Assembly: GCF_964204645.1 (NCBI RefSeq)
Contig: NC_134026.1
Span: 29,298,150-29,362,149, forward strand
Direction of reading: 5' to 3'
From: Tubulanus polymorphus
Lineage: Eukaryota > Animalia > Nemertea
Length of the DNA stretch: 64,000 bases
In this document: one piece after another, positions 37,054 through 49,818 of the stretch
Numbering within the stretch: the stretch's first letter is position 1
Layout: each line of letters opens with the position of its first letter
The notes under the pieces: generated by a model
Seen by the model: the letters and a program-made list of their open reading frames with translations, nothing else
What the model was told of the DNA's origin: nothing
Database searches by the model: none
Position numbers and translations under genes: made by a program

Positions 37054-40000
37054 ATGTCCATCCTAGAAAAATCAGGGATATTGATGTCAGGAAGAAAGAA
37101 TGGTCATACAGATAGGAGGAAACTTCGGTTAAGAGGAAAACTAGCGATTGGAGTCATTATAGCATCTATCTTTCTCCTGTTAACATTGATAAAAATAAGC
37201 ACTCGGACAGCGTTCCCGATAGAGAAAGATGCAGCTACGAGGAGCCAAAGGTCTAACGTAAGATCTTTGTTACAATTAGAAGATTTGGTATCATCGGATA
37301 CCAGGCCGGTCATTGATGGAACAACTCCAACACAGAAGGAAAACGAGGTAAATCACGTTCACAATATTCTTCGTTATCTGAAGACCGCCACGAAACTCGG
37401 AAATTCTCACCAATTGTACCTTAGAAATAACACGATATAGGCTACAATACAAATTAGGTTAAGGTTTAATCAGATCAATTTTCCATTCATATACCTGTAT
37501 TATCTCTATGTATACACGTTAGATATATTCTAATGTATTTTGAATTTTCAGTGTAGAGATTTCCATCATTTGAATATCAGCGATGTTTGTGCATTTATAA
37601 ATGCAACGGCGGATTGTCTAATCGGTGACGGTTTCATCAATTACGTCAAAGTAGTTTACTGTTCATTTAGCCATCTTATTCCACTAGGTGTGATTACTCT
37701 GGTAAGTCGCAAACGAACCATTTTCAATAGATCTAAATATTCCCAAGTACAATATCCTTACTTTGTCAAAAATTCTAACCATAGACGATCTGGTGGTTGT
37801 TTTTATTTGCTGGTCTGGCTTCGACTGCGGATGAATTGTGAGTATCATTGAATTCAAAACTCTGAACCTGGATATTGCCGGCGCTGAAAATTCATCTTTA
37901 ACATTTTCTTTTCTAGTTTTTGTCCGAATCTTGCAGTTATTTCCAAAACTCTTCGTCTCAGTCAGAACATAGCTATATCCTTTTTTCTAAAGCCTTCTCG
38001 GAACACATTTTTCGACCATCTTTATTATAAATCTTTTTCACGAAATCATGAAATACGCTTAGTACTTTTTCTTTGACTCTAGAAGAACGGAGTGACATTT
38101 CTAGCATTTGGAAATGGAGCTCCTGATATATTTTCTTCCATATCTGCGGTTGGTAACGCTAAAGACGGCGACGCTGGGTTGGCTATCGGAGCACTTGTTG
38201 GTATGTTTTTCAGGCAGATCAAACAGTCGTTTCTTTTAACTATCAGTGACCCGGAATTCCATGTTTCCGAGGAAATTACAAATAAAAACTAAACTTTTTC
38301 TCAAAGGTGCCGGTATATTTGTAACAACAGTCGTAGCTGGAACGATATCAATTGTTTGTCCATTCACGTCAATGGAACGACCTTTTCTCCGGGATATAGT
38401 ATTCTATATCGGAGCCGTTTTCTGGACGTTCTATGTACTTTATGATGGTGACATATCAACAGCCGAAGCTGTAGGTAAGCAGGAGGGGAAGCATTAAGGT
38501 ATATTCAGGTCTTGTTCGTCATCGCCGAAATGTTATTTGTTGTAAATTTCCTTGTAGGATTTATATGTTATTATGTTGTTTACGTGTTGTTGGTGGTGAT
38601 AGGACGTGCTGTATATCAATATAGAAAGAAAGCCACAAATTCTCCTAAACCAGACGTACCTGGTATTACCGAAGATGATTTACATGGATGTAGGTTAATA
38701 ATTCTTTTTATAATCATTTGACTTCTTTAGAATTTTGAGACATCCATTCCAAAACCTTTACCTTTGAATTCTTCCTGGACCATGTACGTAAATTTCCCTT
38801 ATCTAGGGTATCTGATGTCGTTTATCAAATACCAGACGTTTTATAACCCGCTTTCCGGGCGAAACTCGCCTCAGATATTCCGACGTTCCTCAAAGAAACA
38901 CAAAGTGCAGGTCGAATCAAGAATCGACACGATTAGCGAACGAGTTCAGGATAATGATATTATTGAAGATACATTTAGTATGTAAAATCCCTTATCGTCT
39001 GCCCTCTCCATAATTACCTATATCAGTCAAAACCTTCTCCAAACCTCTCAATGAGGTTAATGATTAACAATAACGAGATGATATAACGAGTCATTATGAT
39101 TATCAACTGATTTTGTTCATGATTTGCATCCAGTAATATGACAGGTGGAGGTATTTGTATAGTCTGGCTGCATGGCTCATTCCATTAATCAAGTCAAACA
39201 TTTTTTTTTGGATTTAGCTATACAAGCTGGTGCACCAACTTATGGTGCTCTAGATGATGACGAGGTAGCTATATTACCACCACCTATTGAGTCTAGACCA
39301 CAGCGGGCTGTAAAAGGTAATCCATTGTTGCTCATCCACACAACATCATCTTTTAATATTAAGTACGGTGATACATGTATTTCTTAGAAAATTAGCATTT
39401 CTTTCTTCGGCCAGATATATTTGTTTAAACTTCCTTTGCCGGTTTCTAACATCACTTATCTTTACTGATGCTGAAGAATTGTTAATGTTAGCAAATTCTT
39501 CTATAATATCTCAAGCCTGGAGCGGGAACTGAATGCGCCCTGTTCTCTGCGGGTAACATGCGATCAGTGCATGTATTCTTTCATTTCATATCTGATATTA
39601 GGACTTGCAAAGGTGGCAGAATTCGTGTCGGTTACCTCCTTATTTGGAAACCAGGCAAACACGAACGATTCTCTGCTACCTCGGGACGACAGCAGCGTCG
39701 ATCTGGGAAAACTGAGACATTCATCGAGTTTTCGTCAGTTTTTTTACTCGGCTCGTGGTTCTATTTCATCGCTATCCACATACATAAAGAAGTATTCTAA
39801 CAAGTTAAGATTCAAACGGTTTTTGAAAGCTATCAATCCGATCAACACCGAAGACTGGTCTACTATGAACGTATTCTGGAAAACGCTAGAAATCTTCAAA
39901 GTAAATGTCGAGTAAATGAAAAAAGCTGCCAACAATTTCTGTTCTTCGTTATTCATTCCTAATTGAAATTGACATTATTTTCTTACTTAGTGTCCTCTGA

Positions 40001-41315
40001 TACTAGCTTTAAAACTGACTATACCTCTAGTGGATTATGAAGATACAGAATTGCACAAATGGAATAAGATATTAGCGTGCTTACAGTGCTTTACAGCTCC
40101 ATTATATTGCATTTTTGCTACGAGAGGTCTGTCATATACTTTCAGTATAATACCATAGTTTTGCCATTCATTTTCTAACAAAAATCTTTTACCTCAATGT
40201 ATCTTATTTATTTTAGTTGCACTTATACCAATAAACGGCGTGTTTCCCGTTTGGGGTCTAGTGATGATTTTATGTTCCGTTTTTGCATTGGTCGTTTCAT
40301 TTACTTCAGCATTCGATGAAATACCGAAATATCACTGGGTACGTTATTGATAACACGATACTCGTGTCCAATATATCGGAAAGATTTTTGCCACAAGTGA
40401 TTGATACGAAAATCTTGTTTTATTCCAGGTCTTTGCATACGCAGGATTTTTTGTGTCTGTGATATGGATATATTCAATTGCAAATGAAATCGTTAATCTA
40501 TTGCAGGTATGAAGATTTCAATTATCGTTAGCCTATTGAGATATCTATGCTAATCAATGTAATCTGTAATGTGATTAAATTTCAGATGTTTGGAGTCGTT
40601 TTCAGTATAAGTAACGCAATTCTAGGATTGACACTTCTCGCTTGGGGTAACAGTGTTGGAGGTAATACATTCGTTGAATTCGAAAAGCAATTTCAGTTGG
40701 ACGGAGATACCCTTGACTCTGATATCATGATTATCGGTACATGTACTAAAAGCCATAATGTCTGGATTTCAGATATGATAGCCAACACAGCCACAGCGAG
40801 GCTGGGGTTTCCACGAATGGCAATATCAGCATGTTTCGGTGGACCGCTATTCAGTATCCTTGTTTAATTGTTGAATTATTATCAACCAGTTTAAGCAATA
40901 TCAAGCTTTCCTTTACTGGAGTCTGTAGATATGTTGATGGGTATAGGCATACCGTTCACAATAGGAACCATTCGTCATAACGGAAACTTCACTGTAAGTA
41001 CCCTGTATTACGACATGGCGGTTTATTGCATATTGTGTTATCCGTAAGAATTCTGGCATTATTAGAAATAACACCCACCTGTGACAACCTCTTTTTGTTA
41101 AATTGCAGTTGAAATTTACGTTGTTACAATTGGTTCTCATCTGTAGCCTAGCCGGAAGTCTCATCATGAGTCTAATCGCTGTTCCGTTGCGAAAGTTTAA
41201 ATTTTCAGCTATCTACGGAGGACTTTTGATCGCGTATTATATCGTGTTTTTGATTATAGCCGTGTTAGTAGAAACACAAGTGATCACTTCATCTAATGCT
41301 ATATTCAAACAGTAA
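37054..41315 (+). CDS. SLC8B1: Sodium/calcium(lithium) exchanger NCLX-like (CCX family), multi-exon
   Basis: FCPNLAVISKTLRLSQNIA|GVTFLAFGNGAPDIFSS (alpha-1 repeat); GAGIFVTTVVAG; RPFLRDIVFY; WIYSIANEIV; ILGLTLLAWGNSVGD; GFPRMAISACFGGPLFN (alpha-2 repeat). Confidence 0.93.
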
Positions 41316-42022
41316 AGTTAATGAGTTAGCATTGTAATATATTCGGAGGCGACTGTCGCAGACGCTTCTCGGTCTATTGACTACGATCAAGCTGTTGTAT
41401 AATCAAAGACATGTATTTATTTTCTACGTAGACACGTGTTAAACCTGTGGGGACACTTCCACAGTTGTGACCAGTTGAATCACAGACCATGCCAATCTAA
41501 TAACTTAAGACCAGTCTTAAGAACACCACTCGGGCTTAAGTCACGACTGTGTTACCAGTCATAGCTTTCGTATCAATTTTTATTTATTCTAGATTTTTTA
41601 TATACTCTGGTTCAGAAATTTGTGTCTTAATAAACTGTACATATTGATTACAACGTATTTTTGGTATAAGAATCAGACCGCGAAATGAACAAATACATTG
41701 ATACTTATGAATACTTTTAAACTGCAAGGATGTATCAATATTTTGGAAGCATTTATAATTCTAATAAATAATATTTGAATTTCTCATCTCGTCGTTTATT
41801 GTTCTATGATGATATTCATATTTCTTTATAACGCGTGTGTTTATCGTTTTAAGCGTTTGCTCAAAATATCCACCCCGAGCTAACTAAGGCAGTCCTGATT
41901 GATAGAAGATCATGACAAGTTGAATCTTTCAGTGTCAGCAACACTTGCTGTACACATATTTTGCAATAATATCATCCCAACATTGAACAACGGTACCATC
42001 ACTTTCAGATTACATTTGTTTA

Positions 42023-44362
42023 TTAAATCTTGATCGTACTAGTTTTTGTTACGACTAATGATTGACGCTTCCTTCTAAACAGATATTTCTTTAAGTTGCC
42101 CTGAAATGAAATTTTCGGCATAAATACTACTGATAACCTACGAAATATCAACCAGCCGTCACTTGTATTACCGGTAATAATCCGTGCTTTTTTCAAGTCA
42201 TATTTCAATTTTTCTAATTCATTAGATTTGTCCACAATCAGCGCTGACGTTTTGGTCAGATCTCGCATATATCGTGCACTGTCGTTTTCAATTTTCTCCA
42301 ACTACAAATAGATCAGACCTTAGGCATCGAAATTATCAAACAATACCATTTGACCATTCTATCAAACTTACTTCGCTTATATTGTATTGGAGTGATTTGT
42401 TGATTTCAGAAATTTTAGTATCTAAATCGCTATCGGGGTTTACCTCTGTGAAACCGTTCGCATCGTTTTTACCTTTCTCTGGCTGATTTTGCCATATCGA
42501 AACTAATTCATACCTCAGACTTTCGAACTGTTCTACTTTAACTATTCACGTGAAAACAAGGAGATAAGAATCAATGGCTGGCTCAAAAATTACCCCGCAA
42601 AGAAAAAAAGAAAATTTTCAAACGCACGAATATTCTGTTTTTCTGGTTGTTGAAATTCGCGTAAACGCATCACGTAATGATACATTTGTTGATACGCTTT
42701 CTGAACCTTCTCTTCATATTTATCTACAAACAGAAAATGGTGGTTAATGCGGTGAAGTTATCGTATAAATAAGGCTTCCCCAGAGTTTTCGATGTTACCC
42801 TTTATTTTCTCTGCAATCAGAAGAAGCCGTTTCGAGTCTTTCACTTCCATTTCTAATGTTTCTATTTCATTCTGGTGATGGTGTTTGACTAATTCTGCGT
42901 AAAGTGAATTTTTAAGTTAAACGCGCTGTTGCAGCGATCTTCTCTCCATCAATTTAATGGAGAGAAATCCGAATATCAGAGTGTACCAGATAAACGCTTC
43001 AATAGTCAGACAAGACAGTGATGACTTAAATCATTCTTTTTTTCAGACAACTAGATAGTGAAAAACAGCCATTTAGATTCATTTACCTAATTCACTCTCG
43101 AGTGCTTTGACTCTATCTTCGAGAAACCGGATTTTCGTCACATTTGAAAGTGTATTTCCGTACGACTGCTGTAATTTCCGTTCAAGGTCGGCTTCGTAAA
43201 ATATAGAAATACAATCAAAGAAGAATCCTCGTAGTTCAGTCTTATCACTCCACGATTTATCCTTAAAGTATTCTATACCCACCTCTAACCCTTAAGCTTA
43301 ATTTGAGGTCATTTTCGAGTTCGGACATTTTCGCCGATGTTTTTTTCTGGTTGATAATTTGTTTTTTATACTCAACTAGAAAATACGTTCAACATTTTGA
43401 TATACAGTATATGTTGTGGTTACCATGATGAATGAAATTGAGGGAATATTCACATATCTGGATCTTGTATTTGATAAGCTGATCGGCTCTTTCTTTCGCT
43501 TGTGACTCCAATTTTGACATCCGTTGACCTTGATTTGCAAAATAGTGGTGGAAAATTGAGTGTTAACATGATGACATTGTCTATAACGAGGTCTTACAAC
43601 ACGCGGGACTTCATCAGCGCAAGCGACTAACAGCTCTGAAGGTCAAGCAGTTAGGCTGCGGTGGTTTCTACTGATGGCGATATTACGAATCAAGATATTT
43701 CATTATAAAACTATACCATCACAGAATTCCACAAATGGTAATTGTGGTTTTTCCCTTACTTCATCTTGCCTTCGAAGTTTTTGAATTTCATTTACAAGCG
43801 AATCTAAAATTAAAAAAGAACTACGTGTTTGACAAGATTTTCAACCCAAACTGATGATATTCAGTGTAATATGTAATATGTATTGTATGACAGAATTAGA
43901 GCTCAAGTTGTTTTGCAATGTGGAGTAAATAAACTTTGTAGTAATCTAATGTACTCACGATATTCTTGACTGACTAACTGTATACTATTCTGGAGAATCT
44001 TTATCTTGTCAACGAGGGCGTTATTTTTTAACGCCAAGATATCTAAATCAGTAAATTTTACAAAACTTACAGTTGGAAATACAAACGGAGAAGGAATTTT
44101 CGCCATGTTGTTACTTACCCATGCAGCCATGAGGGCAAATCTTAACAGAATCAAATAGTTTCTCGACGATCGTTAAAAATGACGACACTTTATCTGATAT
44201 TCGCTCAACTCCCTGAAGATGGTTCTTCCGAGAATTCAAGTCTTCGCGAAAACAAATATACAAATGCTGTAGATGGGTTAAATCATTCTTAACGGCAACC
44301 AACGCTTCGGCAATGCCTGAATTAGAGCTGTTTGATTGTTTCTTCCTGAAAAATCGCTTCAT
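42023..44362 (-). CDS. Uncharacterised multi-exon coiled-coil protein (3' end uncertain)
   Basis: Exon-like segments with GT/AG boundaries: MKRFFRKK...KICPHGCM; DSLVNEIQKLRRQDE; YEADLERKLQQ...LEDRVKALESEL; HHQNEIETLEMEVKDSKRLLLIAEK; KYEEKVQKAYQQMYHYV; LEKIENDSARYMRDL...ELEKLKYDLKKAR. No family recognised. Confidence 0.6.
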
Positions 44363-44433
44363 TCTGTTTTACGTTTATTCGTAAAGATATAGAAACGACT
44401 AGGAAACACCCAAGTTTGTGTTATGGATGTATG

Positions 44434-44486
44434 ATCACCTAGTAACGTAACAACTGTACCTGCCCCATGGAAACACGGCTTAGTAA
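44434..44486. promoter_or_regulatory. Cluster of RFX X-box-like sites upstream of the coiled-coil gene
   Basis: CACCTAGTAAC, CCCCATGGAAAC and GCTTAGTAAC within about 50 bp, 70-125 bp upstream of the ATG. Confidence 0.45.
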
Positions 44487-47400
44487 CTAACACGGAAGGA
44501 CAAGTGGTGTTTATGGTAAATTTATCCATTCTTCTTATACCAGGACAAAATAACGTAATACAATATATACAAACAATCTCGAGCCGTCGACCGTAATTTG
44601 TGTTATAATCAATCGTCGAGAGTTAGACCAGATAGTATTGGTGCACGCCTCGGCAATCTGTTCGCTTGGCCAAATAATAAATGACCATGTCATCTTAGAG
44701 ACACGTTCACTCAAGTAATTGTGTGTTGTGATTTTTCTCGTCGGCGAAGTGCATCATTTCTAGACAAGCTGAAATTGTTATCGAAGACCGATAATGACAA
44801 CAGCTCGACCGGGATGGCGCACAGGTACCCGTGTGTGACAGAACAATTGGCACAATATGTAAAAAGCAGCTCCGACGTAATCTTTGAAGTGAGACTTTTA
44901 CTCGGAAGAACTGTCGCATATATTACGATGTGATGATCGAAGTCTTATTCGCGCTTTTCAAACTCTGGCGCTGAAACGCAGATTGCTACGGCAACCTTTC
45001 ATGTTTCTTTTTTTATACACAAATCTCATCAAATGCCTCGAACAAATCTTAAAAGATATTTTCAATTTTGGAAAAGGCACGTCGTATTTTTATGAGAATA
45101 AGTACGAAATAGCAAACTCGAAGAGTAAGATGAAAGGTGATGGTCGATGCTATGTAAATACTTTTGTATGCATAGATAAAAACATCTAAAGTTTTTTTTT
45201 CTGTCTGATCACAGACAATACCCATTATCTCTATCATGTATACAGATAAGTGCATGCGTCAATATTGGCGTCTTCTGAAAGAGTTCTGGTGTCTTGTGTG
45301 GTGATAAGCATCTTACGAACATTGTTACTTGAATATTCTCGAGCAATAATCATATACGATTTCAACGCAAAACTCTCAGATGGCTAAGGTGGTGGCTATG
45401 AAAAATGTATTTTCCGTGGAATTTTTCTGTAGTACAGTTCAAATATATCGTATAAATGTCAATCAATTATTAAATAACGTATCAACTTAATTGGCGATTG
45501 CAAAATATTTCAGAATTCTGTGAATGTGAACGTTTCGTATGTCTGATAAACTTATTATGATAATGATAAGTTCAGTTGGTAGCGGCTGTTATCGATATAA
45601 AGTTTGTATGTGTACTTCATTAAAATCATCTTACGTTATAAGATGCATACGCGTTTAATAGAATTAAGCTAGTTTACGATCAATTGTAATGACGTAGAGC
45701 CTCTCTTCAACTCGAGTAATTTGATGAAACCACGGCCTGAGAGGGGACCGAACATAGCAATAGCGCAGTAACTTGATAAACTTTCATTGAATCTATCAGT
45801 TTACAAATCGTTATCTGCTAATGTAGAATGTAATCTAGTTTACCCCCGCGGTCGTCACCCTGATGTCTAACAGAACTAAAGCCCTTTAGTGGATTTATCA
45901 AATAACCGATAGGTCTACTTGATCTAGTTGAAATGTGTCCAAGTCCTGCGGTTACGAGTTGATCATTGCGTTGATCTGATTTTCCCATTTTGTACGTATC
46001 GGTTTTTTTCTTTTGTATCGCGTAGAATATTTTGTCTTCTGCGTCGACGACGCTTTCTTCCGGGAATTATGCCTTGTTTCCTCGAGGATTAACAGAGTTT
46101 ATTTTAGACATCACGCATGGATTATCCCTCGACAGTCAGCGTCGTATATGGTGGGTGAAAATCATTGACACAAAAATTCCGTCTATCGGGATGTAAATCT
46201 ACCCGAAATCGTGTAAGTGACATATAATGTACGCATACCTGGGAAGTAATTGTCGTAATGCACAAATGTCATTAACTGACCAAACATTTGAATAATTAAT
46301 GTTTAATTAACGACTGAAGCCCGTATCCTGAAATTACATTTACATAGATTATTGGTGGTTCATTTCGACGATTTTGTTGATTTCGGTTCTATTTGCATCT
46401 TAAAAAGTATTTGAAATTGAATACGATGGTTGAATGGGTGAAATAAATTTACCTGAGTAATTTTCAGTGTTCTCCACGCGTGGCCTGTTTTAGATCACTA
46501 TGACGAAGTGAATTATTTGAACTATTTCAGGACGCCCCGATTCACAATTGATGCAAACACAGATAAAAGACGGTGTGCGCATCTTACTGGATTACCAATT
46601 ACCGGAAATTAGCTGAAAGAATCCTAACAATTTCCACGGTTATCTGATCACCCAGTCTGAATAGCTACATTTCACCGCTGCTCGTCGTTAACTTGTTTTA
46701 TCGCCACCGTGACCGGTATAATCCGTGAACATCCCTATAACGCAGGAAACAATGCGGATTCCACATAACCTGATTATCATCCCGAGTATCCGAGAAATTC
46801 ATATAATCTGGTTTGGTTTTTTCTTGTGACGTCTTGTTTATTCCTACACACGTACCCACACCCATTTATTTAATTTATCGCCGTCTCGCTCGCAACTATC
46901 ATTACCGCTTCGAATTTCAATGCAAATTTGAATACGTTTCTAACGGCGATCACTCTATCAGAAAGCTCGGATGTTCCGAGAGATATGTTTGATGTAAAAT
47001 TGGTCGCCAATCGGATGGAAAATATCTTCAAGTTTAACAACAGTGACTGGAATAGCAATCTATCGTTCAATTATAGGCAGCGTGTACGGGGTTATTTGAC
47101 GCGGGTAAAAGAGCTAGGCAAATTTCAATCCATTAAAAACCCCGCCGTACATTATCCCGGAGTGGTGCAACTGTAATTGCCGCGAGAATCTACGTTGTCA
47201 TTTGTAGGCGGTAAAAACTCGATTCAGGGACGATCTAATTCAATGCGCATAGCCTATAGAGAGGGAATAAAGATTTGTAGTCATGTTTTTCTTGACGGTG
47301 CGTCGTTTTTATTGCCTTGCAGTAAGGAGATTAGATGTGAGAAATCGCGGGTTTCCCACAAAGATTCGCATCGCTCGTACAGGAAATGACCGCATCATTA

Positions 47401-49133
47401 GTTCGGAGTTTCGTGTCGCATATGAATGCACTAATCATAGTTATATAGGATATGGAACTAATCATACTGCAAAGGGAAGCGAAAACAAAGGAGATTTTAA
47501 ACTAGTGACCGTTGCGTATACCGCGCTCGTATATCGGTTCGTAAGGTTTAATGAACAATATTATAGTAACAAATACGGTGACTTACGGAGTTAATCATTG
47601 ATTTAGCTTATTGTGAATGAAAGTGACATAGTTTGATTGATTAGTTGTGAGATCGTGTATTGATCCGCATCTTCATCAGAGATTGTCTACAGTCATGTAC
47701 ATTGATGAACCCAGTAGACTATTGCGTCATTAAACATCTCGACGGGTTAAATCGAAACAAATGAATCAGCTGGTGCAAGACAACCATGAGGATAATGACC
47801 TCTGTCTCCGAGTCACACGATATGAAAATATCATATGATACTTGTTAGCTAGCTCATATACTGCTCGTATTTTGATATTGCATCGTGTCGAGCGAATGAA
47901 GCATTGATTTCATACCGAAAAAACCCGACAGAGAATAGATAACACACGTGTCATATATTGGAATTACTTTACAGAAAGAGAATGATGAAGTCGTAATTGA
48001 CAATCATATCACGGTTCCCAACAGTCACTGTCCGTCCAGTAATAATACATACGAATAACTTCCTTTTATCGGTCGCAGTTGGGAAGCGTATGGTTATTTA
48101 CATCCTCCCTTAGCTGGGATTCGAATCTTATGCCAGTTTTATTTCAAAGAAGTGCCAACCACATGGCATCGATGTCAAAATAATACTCGTCTCGTGAAAC
48201 TACACTTAGAGAAGGCAATAAACTGATTCAATTGAATTGATTAGAATGAATTGAATAATAGTATTACTTCCCGCGGGTCGCCATTGCCCGAAATTCAAAA
48301 CGGTTTTTACTGTGACGCCGAAGCGCAACGGATCAAAAACCGTAGCATGAAATAAGCGAATGAATACGAATGGTCAGAATTCTGTATGAGCTTCGACCTC
48401 GGTATCATCAGTACGTTCTGATTCAATAGTTCATCCCCATGCATAACTTCCTGAGACAACAAGTATGTGATCGGAATGAAGTGCTCTTTCCGCACCATGT
48501 AGTAATGTTTATGACCGCGTTTTAGGGTTATTCAAATGATGTCCACGCATCCTTCGCCATTCACGCGTTCGCATCAAAAGGTATTCATTCTGATCGTGAG
48601 ATGTTTTTTTCATATTTTCAAGCCGACGCGTGATTGAGTGAGTTGTGTACAATTTACCAATGATTGTCATAACGTCGCTGAATGAATCTTACGAGAGGGA
48701 AACCGAACGGCATGAAAAAGAAACTAAAAATTCTAAGCTTTTACTCGCATTACTTTATAACCGAAAAGAAAGTTTGTGTATGGGAGAGAGGTATTGAATG
48801 CACATCACGAGTTTCAGCTAGAATTGGCGCCGTAACAGAGGTGGCAACTTATCTGTTAACGATATCAATGTATACCTCGCCATTTCAAACCTGACTAGAA
48901 TAAATCTAACGATAAACATAGTTCCTACTATTCGAGTTGAAATTGGAATTTTAGTTCATATTTATATCAGTAACGGGTATGTGCAGAAAGGAAGAATTGT
49001 GTTGTTGCTCTGATTAACTGCACACGCGGAAGTTTTTTTTCATCTGTAAAGCTGCTTATCCGAAAATTAATTGACAGCCAAGAAGGTGCACTAGATATAG
49101 AGCCTGTTGCGAGACGAGGGAATGGTTTACTTA

Positions 49134-49818
49134 TTAACGAGAGCTGGCAAGAACAGGTCTAATCCTGTCGATCAGGTTCCTCTCCTCAGACCCATGAGAT
49201 AAACCTGAAACAAGACGCAAAATGCGATCAAATTAAAAAAAAACTTATACATAATACGTGGTTAAAGATAACTTTCGCATGAATTTTTCCGTCCACGGAT
49301 ATTTTCTACATTTTCAGCATTTTTCTTTTGGTAGAAACGACAAGGTAAATATCGTTAAATTGGACGTAGAAACCTCTGATGATGGGAGAAAATAGACGTT
49401 AATGTTTTTCTATCAATGGACTGTCAAATCGTATCAGACGCTTTTAGGTTTTATCTGGTTCATTTTATTCTCAGTTTATTAAGCATCGATCGTGTCTGAA
49501 AGAAAATTGGCCGGCTTAAAATAAATCATTAAAGCATTCTGAAATCCAGTTTCAAATTAGAACGTCTGGTTGAACGTACGTAATATATTTATGCGACATT
49601 CAGTTGTGGTGGAAGAGATTTGATTTAATCTGGTTAGATTTGTATGGATTTAGCGACTCCTGTCTCCACGAAGAAAAGGTTACTTACTGTCAGCCTTCTC
49701 GACATTGAAAGCATAATTTTTGTGGAACTCTGTCGGAGAACTCAAATCAGTGGCATCTTCGTCGAAATTAGCTTCCAGTAATAAACCAATTTCAGCCAAT
49801 TCAGCTTCTTTCACTCGA
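49134..49818 (-). CDS. Candidate last two coding exons of an unidentified minus-strand gene
   Basis: Exon 49688-49818 (TTTGTCAG acceptor, GTAAGT donor, open frame RVKEAELAEIGLLLEANFDEDATDLSSPTEFHKNYAFNVEKAD) joins in phase to 49134-49204 (TTTCAG acceptor, SLSHGSEERNLIDRIRPVLASSR-stop). Confidence 0.4.
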
